A program made the translations under genes and the position numbers. DNA of 64,000 nt from Zygnema circumcarinatum SAG 698-1b (taxonomy: Eukaryota; Plantae; Zygnematophyceae). The number at the start of each line of letters is the position of its first letter. Within the stretch, counting starts at the first letter, position 1. Positions 1 to 9,286 of this stretch are shown piece by piece. The stretch spans positions 3,316,803 to 3,380,802 of the forward strand of contig CM074812.1 in the NCBI GenBank assembly GCA_037447605.1. Reading direction: 5' to 3'. The notes under the pieces were generated by a model. The model ran no database searches. It saw only the letters and a program-made list of their open reading frames with translations, and had not been told where the DNA came from.

Positions 1-1020
1 TTTCCTCCCTGTTGTATCCTGCCAATCGTAAAGACTTAGATTTTGGGTTCGCAGACATATGCGTCAATTCTGTACATTCAAGTGCCGTTCTGCTTCACTA
101 TATTTCTTAGAGGGCAACCTGTGATCCCACGTGACTTGGGTCGTGAGCTGCTGCATCCACAACCTATTGTGTACAAACCCAAAATGGAGGAAGCAAGCGA
201 CAATGCAAGTGATGCAGAAAGGCTCGCAACAGAGGAAGTAAGATTGCCCTGAATTTACCCCCATTGGGCTTACCGTTGTGTTCAATGTTCTTGCAGCCAT
301 ATTTTTCATTAAGGTAATCAATATTTCGATCCTTTATGCAGAAATTCTGCCAGGTTAGCCTTGTCGAGTGCCTACATACATAAGCAGAAGGGTTAAACCT
401 CTTTACTGGCAAGCTTCAGGAAGGATGCTTATCCAACTACTCCTTTCTAAGGTCTGCGGTAGAGTCACACAGTAGTCTATCGCAATACCTCGGGAATGGC
501 TGGTCAGCTTAGCAAATACTTTCTATTCTCTGCCTTATCAGCGTATTTTCTCTGACTGTAGTGAAGTAGGCATCCTAACCTAACCTACTTCTCCTCGGAC
601 GTTCAAAATGCACATACGGTAGAGTGTTAGAGACTTTAGTAAAGCATGTAAAGCATAAAGCACACATGCAGCTGTTTTCTAGGAAGGAAAATACGGCTTG
701 CATTTGACGAATGGGGCTTGCGTTGGAGTGGATAATTGCAGGTCTTAGCAATAATCGGATTTGACAGAAGAGCTCCGCATGCGAACGTGCAGGGCATCAG
801 TATTTACTGCAAAAACCGACTGATTTTGGTGATGAATCTTCCCCTCTTCTCTTCTCAGATTCGCCCTTAGACCTCACTATTGCTTGTCACGGACCTCCGA
901 ATCTCCTTCACCTTCATCTAAAGCTTTTCTCTTATGGAATGCCCTAAAGGGGCCGACATACTTAGCCTGTAATGAGCATCGAGAAGGACCGCATCAAAGA
1001 AAAATGGCAAACTGTCATTC

Positions 1021-1039
1021 TCTATCGCTCGCTCTCTCC

Positions 1040-1081
<42 letters not shown>

Positions 1082-1212
1082 CTCTCGCTCTCTCTATCTC
1101 TATCTCTCTCGCTCTCTCTCTATCTCTCACTCTCTCTCGCTCTCTCTCTCTCTATCTCTCTCTCTCTCTCACTCTCTCTCACTCTCTCTCTCGGTCTCTC
1201 CCTCTCTCTCTC
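1021..1212. repeat. (CT)n microsatellite, imperfect
   Basis: Long CT/GA dinucleotide run; it explains the SLSLSL/ERERER pseudo-ORFs. Confidence 0.95.
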
Positions 1213-1460
1213 ACTGCCTTCCCCCATTCTCTTCTGTGGGTTGTCTGTGGTGCAGCCTTTCCACCAATGCTGGTGCAATATGGAGCAGTGCGGAAGGGGG
1301 GTAGTGGGTGTAGTGGAAGCAAACTTCTTGCAGGCAGATGCAAGCAAGCAGTTCTTTACACCGAACAGCGAGTTGGTGCAGCTGGAGACATGGCTCTGCC
1401 TTGCGGTGCATAACTACTGGTGCTGCCTCTACCCTCCGGGAACACACTCTTCTCCCCCCC

Positions 1461-1461
1461 C

Positions 1462-1509
<48 letters not shown>

Positions 1510-1606
1510 CTCTCTCTCTCTCCCTCTCTCTCTCTCTCTCCCTCTCTCTCTCTCCCTCTCTCTCTCTCTCCCTCTCACTCTCTCCCTCTCTCTCTCTCCC
1601 ACTCTC
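1461..1606. repeat. (CT)n microsatellite, imperfect
   Basis: Second CT run. Confidence 0.95.
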
Positions 1607-1940
1607 GCCATTTATGCATGTGCGTGTGAACATGAACCTTCCAAGGACTCTGTCTGCTTTTTGGCCCACTCCCTGAACCCCCAGAACCTTTTCGATCCTG
1701 CTAAACCCTTTTTAACCACTCCAAGTCATGTCATCTCCGTTTGAACTCCTATCGCACCTCCGAATGCTGACTTTTCTAGGAGTATTAAGTTATTAGTAGC
1801 GATGTGTGCTGTACAACGTCCGTTCGTTTTGAAGCCAGTTATAAAAATGTTGAGTCGTTGCTTTGCTCGCTGCTGGGCCATCCTTTAATTTGCTCATTAT
1901 GCTCTGTGCGTGTTCTACTTTGTACGGTATCTCCTTTCAG

Positions 1941-3552
1941 GAAATTCAATGAGAAACGTCTTAAAATCCCCCCAATGCCAGTAACATCCCCTCTCTCCCC
2001 ACGTAAACAACCTCATCCTGAAAGCACAGGGAATGAATTAGCCAATCAGGACAAGCCACGTGTCCCTGAGCAGCCTACAGTGACGTCAGCAATGGAGTTG
2101 TACTCTGGGAGAGGATCGCATGTTTTGTCGGGAAGTGGAGGTGGACTTCCCTCATTGGTGGAAGGTGTAGGTTCACGGAAGGAGGCAGTTTCCGGGAATC
2201 TTCTGGACAGTCTGGCAGATGCAGCTGCTGCACTTGTGGATTTGGAAATCTGTCGACCTCAGGGAAGGGTTCAGATGGAGGGAAAACCCCCTGAAGTTGC
2301 AGGCAAGCAAAAATGTATCACTGGAAATTTGGGACAAAGCACACACGATGAGCTTGCGTTTCGATGTGTTGTGGAGAGAGAGGGATGTGAAGGGGGTCCC
2401 ATGAAGAAGACGAGGAAGGATTGTTGTGAAAACAGTTCTGAAGGGAGCGATGAAGGGAGAGAGGATTTGGAGGGGAGGAGCGGGGGAGAGGAGGGAGAGG
2501 AGGGAGTGAGAGCTGCTAACACTATGGAGGTATCTGCAACGACAGCTATGGCGGTGGCGGAGAGGATGGAGAGAGAGAGGAGCATAGGAAGGGAAATGGA
2601 AGGGAGACCGAGTCCTGTAGTCGTTTCAGCTGGCACATGCATTCGTGATGAACTGAATTCTGTTGAACTGACATGTGCACCCTTCCCTGCTGCGAAGCTG
2701 CTGGAGGAGGAGGTGGTAGTGGAGGGAAACCCTAAAAACCCTAAAAACCCTGAGAGGAAGGGAGTGAAGGATGGCACTGAGGAGGAGTCCATTATGGACT
2801 CTGAAGGAGCTGCTGACAGTGAAGAAAAGACCGGCATGCTTGCGGTTGCACTTCATGAGAGGGGGAGCAGAGAAGGGCAGAGAGTCCAATCAGAGATGAT
2901 GGCAATGGAGGCTGAGCCGGCGGTTTCGGGATGTGAAGACGACCCCCCTGAAGGGGAAGCCATGGCTGCAGGTAGGTCCTTTCAGGAGCTGAGGAGTTCG
3001 GGAGGCAGAGAAGAGAGAGGAGGAGAGAGACGAGAAGAGAGAGGAGAAGAGAGAGGAGAAGGGAGAGGAGAAGGGAGAGGAGAAGAGAGAGGAGAAGAGA
3101 GAGGAGAAGAGAGAGGAGACGTGTTGAGAGAGGAGAGGTGGCGGAGCATCTCTTTCTGTGGGGTGCGAGTGAGGGGTGGAAAGCTTCCTGCGACGGGTAG
3201 GGTAACGTGGGAGAGTTCGCGGCAGAAACTCTCAAAAGTGAAATTGCGGAATCTGAATGAGCTTAATGAGGTTTCCTTGAAACACTCTGTGAGGAGGAGA
3301 GGGGTGGGGGAGCTGGGAAGCCGCAACGCAGCTATGGAGGAAAGAGACGGCAGGGTAGAGCAAGTTATTGAAGAGAGAGAGGCATCTCCTCGAAAGCGAA
3401 GGAGAGTTGAGAGAGACACTGAAGGAGGGGATGACACGAGGGAGAGTTTGGTTGGAGGGGAGAATAGTGGGAGTGGGAAAGCAGCAGGAGGAGGAGGAGG
3501 GGCTGCACAGCAAAAGGAAGGGGAGAGCAGTGAACGGTATGTGGTGGCTTGA
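1941..3552 (+). CDS. Probable long terminal exon of a host gene encoding an acidic, low-complexity (E/G/R/S-rich) protein; upstream exons unresolved (candidate about 111-236)
   Basis: About 1.6 kb stop-free frame preceded by a pyrimidine-rich acceptor (ctcctttcag|1941); no recognisable domain. Confidence 0.4.
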
Positions 3553-4274
3553 AGAGATTGAGTGACAGAGGTTTGAGGTTCAAATCTTTTGCTGGGAAAA
3601 AATGGCGGCTGTTAAGGAATGCCGCCTGTTTGGCATCCCTTGACCCACCGCACATTTGACAAATGAATTGGATTCTCCGCCCCACCAAACTTCCTCCCCT
3701 CCTCTCTCTTTCCCTCTCTCCCCCCTCTCCCCCCTCTCCCCCTTTCTCCTTACGAGTCAGAATGCACGCAGTCGGCCCTGAAAGGTGAGGCGAGTGGGGG
3801 ATGCAGAAGATGTACGGAGCGGGAGGGGCCGACTGGCGAGCAGCGGAGGTGGACCTGTGACCGGGCGGCCCTTCAAAGCGAGGTGAGGGCGCAGGCTCGT
3901 GGTGGGCCTGTGGGGCACATGGCATGGGGTCATGGGGGGGGGGGGCATGGCCGGGGGCGCATGACGGAGGGGGGAGGCAAGGGGTTGCATGGCAGGGGGG
4001 TCGTGGCGGGGGCATGGCTGGGGGGTCATGGGGGCATGGCGGGCGTGGGCGAGTGACGCGCGGGGGGCTTGCTTGCCAGGTGGCGCGCCTCCACTGGCTG
4101 CTGCAGCGCCTGCAGGCCGACGACGGCCCCAAACGGAGGGCGCCGCCGCACAGGCGCTCCACCGCGTGACGACGCGTCACGTCATCTCACGTCACGTCAC
4201 GTCACGCCTGCTCGTCGCGTGCGGAGGCAGAGGCGGCGAACTGAACGGAGGGCCGTTCTGTGTTGCGCGTATTT

Positions 4275-4511
4275 AAGGAGGGAGGCCGGTCCGCAATAAT
4301 AAGAGAACCCTAAAAAGAGTGACAGAGGCCCGCCCGTGCGGCATGGCATTGTGCCCTCCTTCTGCCCAGTCGCACTGGCGGGCTGGCTCCTCGCCGTGTA
4401 CATTTGATGGCGTCGCTTAATCGCGAGATGCATGCCAGTAATGCCCTTGAGATGTTTTCCAGTATTGAGGTAGACGCCAGACGTCGTACGCGATAGCTTT
4501 CGTCTTTTTTT
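4275..4511 (+). ncRNA. Candidate structured ncRNA, possibly telomerase RNA
   Basis: AACCCTAAAA(A) at 4306-4316 is complementary to the TTTTAGGG telomere. Predicted helices: aaggaggg 4275-4282 / ccctcctt 4354-4361; ccagt-cgc-actgg hairpin; three-way junction ctggc/gccag enclosing cgccgt-GTACATTTG-atggcg and tcgc-ttaatc-gcga. T7 run at 4505-4511; TATTTAA at 4270. No convincing pseudoknot found by eye. Confidence 0.35.
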
Positions 4512-5528
4512 CATGTGCCCAATTGTCGTAGAGTCGCTTTAAAATATGCGATATGGAAGCAGTGTAGCAGCACTTGTATTCAAGCAGTGCAATGGAGTAA
4601 AGTGAGTTCTTGTTGCGAAAGTGCACCGAGTGAATTTCGTTGTCGCCCAACTCGGAGCGTTGAATCTGCGCTCTCAACGCCGGAGCAGGCCGCGGAAATT
4701 TTTGGTTGGGGGGGTGGGCTAGTCCGTCCTAAACAAAAATCCTGGACCCGCTATTGGCGGAGGTGGCGCCTCGCCCGCCAAAGCGCCGGCGCCGCCGCGA
4801 GGCACTTCACTTTTGAAAGCAAATGTCCGCTCGCGGTTTATTCTTCTCCTTCAGAGTCGATTGCCGCCTAAAATCACGCTGGTTCTTTATGTCGATGTGC
4901 GCCCTTTCCCACGGCGTGAGATCGATAGCGAAGACCATTCTTCAGTATTGGCACAGGTTGTAGGCGTACCCAAAACGCAGGGGTGCAGTAGAATTATCCT
5001 TTCCTTTAACGCACGGTACATACGGATCTATAGCCCCGCCCGCCCCGCGGTAGCGCTAGCGCTAGCGGCGAGCCCGTTTTCGTGCGATTGTTGCACAACG
5101 ATTGTCATTGGGCCGTTGGCTCGGCAACCATTGGCTGGCAATGGTTGGACGCCCAATGGTTGCCAACCATTTGAATGGTTGTTTTGGTCCGGCGCCAATG
5201 GTTGGCAACTATTCGAATGGTCCGACCCGTACATTGCGCCATTTCTCCTCGTACGGTCCGGTCCCAGCGCCGCCCCCGCCCCCGCCCCCGCCCGGGCCCG
5301 GGCCGGCGCTTTTTGGGCAGTGGCTCCGGCTCCTCCGACCGGCGGATAAGGCAAGAAAGGCGCGCGCCCGCCTCCCAACTCTCAGCAAGCCGAGGGCCTG
5401 CGTGGGAAGCCAAGCTCGTCCTACGCCTCCTCTTCGCCCTCTCCTTCGTCTCCCTTTCTTTCTCTCTCTCTCTCTCTCTCTCAATTACCCTCTACTCTCT
5501 CCTTCCTCTGCGGCCCTCGCAGGCAGCT

Positions 5529-7817
5529 ATGGCGGCAGTCCAAGCCGCTGCTCTTGCAGCCATGGAGGCTACCGCCTGCAGCTGCGCAGCTTTCCCCTCC
5601 TCCTCGCCAGCGCGACGCCCCTCTCCCTCCCGCCTGCGCGTCTCGTCCCTCTCCCGCCGCCTTCGTGCTGTAGCGGTATTGCCTCCCTCCTCTCTTCCTT
5701 TCCCCCACATCTCTCGCCTCCATTCTCCGCACCTGCCTCTGCAGATCGCTCCTTCTGCTCCTCTGCCTCAAACTGCGCAGCACGTTTGCATGCGCGTCCG
5801 GCGTCAGAGGTGCTGCGGTTATGTGGTGTGCGAGTATTTGAGAGGGAGTGTGACAGGGCAGGACAGGGCAGAATGTGCTCTGGGAGAGGAGAAGAGAGGT
5901 GCTGAGAGGGTGCGGAGTGATGCTGCAGTCTCTCCCTCCGTTGAGGATCATGGCGAGATCTGCGGAATCACACGAGACAGGCAAGGTCAGTGGGACTCCC
6001 TCGCTCCCTCCCTCCCTTCCTCGTTTTTCTTTGCAAGGCCCAGGAAGGCTTTCTGCCTTTGTATGGAAGCAGGGAATGCGAATAGGCTGTGCCTGTGGTT
6101 GTTAGAGACGTTTTGCTGCACCTTCATGCAAGGACGGAGGGAATGCTGAAGTGCCTCCTATAGGGTCTGATTCAACTCTTCTTGCAGTAGCCTTCGGATA
6201 CAGATTGTTGCTTGCCTTCTGCTCTGATGTTTATTTGAGCACATTGCACTCCAGTGACATTCAAAAGAAATGCTTGAAGTACTTCAGAATGGGCAGATTT
6301 TTCCGCGCAGGCATGTGAGCTACAGCAAGTTGGTGATGTTTAGCATCTTTCTAGCGAATAGGAGATGATACACATATACATATGCATTTTTTCTTTCTTT
6401 ATTCAGTTTTGCGAATTCTGGTCTCGTTTCTGCAGTAATGTGGAGAGTTATGGGAGGACTATCACATGTACTGTAGGGTGCGCTATTGATGCAGGTCCCT
6501 GCACAGCAACAAAGGAAGGTAGTTGAGACGCGGCTTTTGTCGACTGCAGCGGGACTCCTGCCGCTCATGCTTGCCTTTGTCGAGGCGGAGCTTCCAAGGG
6601 CCATCCCTGTGGAGACCTTCTACAGCGACTGGACATTGTCGGAATTGGCATTGAAATCTTTTTGTAAGTGTCTTTTGACTGCCCAGTTAGGTTATTTATC
6701 AAAAATGATCCTCGGAACATACGTGTTTGGGAGAGTAAATGAGATCCCTGCATGGTCATTCACTGTGGAGGAGGCTTCTTTCTCTGGGGGGAATGATGAG
6801 TCGGCCTCCGGATCTAATGCAGGATAACTACTTCTTAGATATTCAGAGCTTCAGGGGTCATCAGAATGACATGCAGTAACCCTAAATGTTCACTCTTCAC
6901 GGGAAGGCAGCGATTTTAAGTCGATTCCGTGATAATTTGGTCTTTATAAAGCAGCTGTGCGTCTCGTCTTGACTGCGGACTTGCCCCACAAGCGATAGAG
7001 AAAGAGACTTAGTGGAGGTTCTTCAATTGTATGTACTGAAGAGAGATGTCGATATGGCAGACCTTTGTAAGCTTGTCCCGCCTAAAAAACCGATTTAGGG
7101 AGGGAGTGGGCCCAGACATGATATTTGTGTGTGTCTTTTCGTGGGGAGCGGTTGTGTTCGCTTCTATGAATGTAAGACATGATCCATCCTTTACTCCGTT
7201 ACCCCCGATATTGTGCTTTACCTCGTAGCATCAAAGTAATTCTGGGTGTCTGCTTGAGCCATCCACACGCGCTCACAATTGCAGGGAGAGGGGTTCTGCA
7301 GGACCCGTACTACGAGAGTGACGAGTATCGCAATGCAGGAGGAAACGGCACACAACACTGGATATACACCCGGGTGAGCGCATCTCTCTGATGTGGGAAC
7401 CTTCTAACAACAGGGATGTTGGATATTCTGTGAATCCATTTGTAATTATTCTTTTTGTAAGGAACTGGAGGTATATTATATTTTGTGAATCCATTTGTAA
7501 TTATTCTTTTTGTAAGGAACTGGAGGTATATTATATTTTGTGAATCCATTTGTAATTATTCTTTTTGTAAGGAACTGGAGGTATGTTTGCTGGTTTGCAA
7601 GCGACTGCTGTCACTCCTTTGACCTAACAGATTTGCGGACAAATACCTTACTCGTTGCGTTAATTTTAATGTGTTCATGTTTGCGTAGGCTGAGGAGGAG
7701 GAGCAAGAAGCCCGAGAAGAGCTTTGGAGGGAGGAGCTCCGCAAGGAGATTGAGGATAAGCTTGGAGAAGTGAAGGAGTTGGAAAGTGCGGAGAAGAAGG
7801 AAAAGGAGCTTGTGTGA
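5529..7817 (+). CDS. Multi-exon gene, putative plastid-targeted protein of unknown function. Exons about 5529-5985, 6501-6662, 7285-7373 and 7689-7817; others are likely in between
   Basis: N-terminus MAAVQAAALAAM... is S/R/A-rich like a transit peptide. GT/AG boundaries at 5986, about 6663, 7374 and 7688. Spliced C-terminus DPYYESDEYRNAGGNGTQHWIYTR|AEEEEQEAREELWREELRKEIEDKLGEVKELE resembles a conserved uncharacterised land-plant chloroplast protein (from memory, unverified). Confidence 0.65.
7429..7584. repeat. Intronic tandem repeat, 55-bp unit, about 2.8 copies
   Basis: tgtgaatccatttgtaattattc... starts at 7429, 7484 and 7539. Confidence 0.9.
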
Positions 7818-8514
7818 GAGCTGACTGCGGCTCATCATTGCACGGGACGAGTGCAGTCTGTACGAGACGAAGACGAGAACGAGACGCTCTCGTCATGAAT
7901 AGATCCTGTCCTTCACTTCCACTGAGCAGCATTGTGCCTGCAGCCGCTTACTTTCACATGTGGCGCGTGAAAGTGAACCTGAGGACAGGACGAGGACAGG
8001 ATGCGGACGACGAGCTGGTGCTTGTGTTGTATTTAAGCACAGAAGTTAGTCCATTATGGAAAGCCACTGTGTTGTACAAAAGCAAGGAAAAAGGTCGATT
8101 ACAGCAGCGTGATGTTAAGGCTGCTCAGTTGTGGAAGCCAAATGAAAGGATGGAACTTCAAAGAAATTCTTATGGAGTCCTTCATGAAACAATTTTGACC
8201 ACTTCCTTTCGTTGCCTTCTCGACCAAGAGGCCTCCTCGTGCTTGCCTGACCGGGACCAGCATGTCCTCAGAAAGGAAACGAATCCTCACAGTATAATAC
8301 TCTCACAATTCCCCATGAGTCTCTCCATACTACCGGTTGCCAATCGTCCCTGCTGATGCCAACAACATTGCTGCTCGAGCTCCTCCCTTTTCGCTGAATT
8401 TCCAAGCATTACGCTGAATTTCCAAGCATTATGCATACATTAGGAGCAAGATGGTGAAGGGGACACTAGAGACCTGCTCAACATATGAAGCTCAGCGATT
8501 ACAAGTGCGGCCAT

Positions 8515-8686
8515 GCTCCCTTCGCGGCTGCTTCGAGGGAAGGCTTGAAGCGTTGTTGTGCTTAGGCGTAGTTTTCCTCTCTTAGCTTTATCCTTTTGTG
8601 CTTATAGGTCCTTTACGACCAGTTTTTCGTGGTTCCCCATGCTGATTTTGTCCATGTACATTTGAGGGCCTCGCCATCGTCAATGC
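8515..8686 (+). mobile_element. 3'-end fragment of a CRE-like non-LTR retrotransposon (related subfamily), interrupted by a solo LTR
   Basis: Aligns with the 3' UTR at 11890-12040 (ttgtgc-taggcgtagttttcc...tcgtggttcc...catgtacatttga-ggcctcgccatcg). Confidence 0.8.
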
Positions 8687-9286
8687 TGTTGGTGCAGCGC
8701 CCTCCTTGCGAGGTGCTGCAACCTCTCCTCCACCCTCGGTGGAACTTGACATCTTGAATGACTTGCTCAATCACACAAAAAGATGTAAAACACAAGGAAT
8801 ACACTCAGTGCAAGAGTGAGAAACTCAGCGAAAACAAGAAGATGTAAGGAGAAAGCCTCTAGCCTAAAACTCCTTAAGATAAAGATAAATACAACTTGAC
8901 GACACTAGAGCCAAGCTTCAAGCACCTCAACCCTAAGCAGCGTGAGTATAACACTCCACTACAAGCTGAACTCTTCCCACTATCTTCTAGGCCCAAAGCA
9001 AGATAGCCTCACTTCCCCTTGTGAGGCACGAAGTAAGCCTTCTTTACTATACACCATTGCTGTGTGACGTCCTTCCTCTTGACCGGACGTCACGTCACAG
9101 CGGCCACTTTGCAGATGCATGCATTCAGCAGCCAGCAAAACGTTCAATAGCCAGCTATGCGGCTCCGCGTGAACCTACGCTATTACCGACCTATGTAAGG
9201 CCTTCCGTACTGTTCCGCCGCCTGGCCGTACACATCCACCGCCCGTACTCGCATATCTGCCGCCCGCGCCCATCTTGACTCGGTCC

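Noticed and set aside
884-1744. 286-aa and overlapping SLSL/ERER ORFs
   Set aside because: Translations of CT microsatellites
7814-8356. 180-aa ORF downstream of the plastid-protein gene
   Set aside because: No recognisable motif or clear splice structure; may be 3' UTR or decayed sequence
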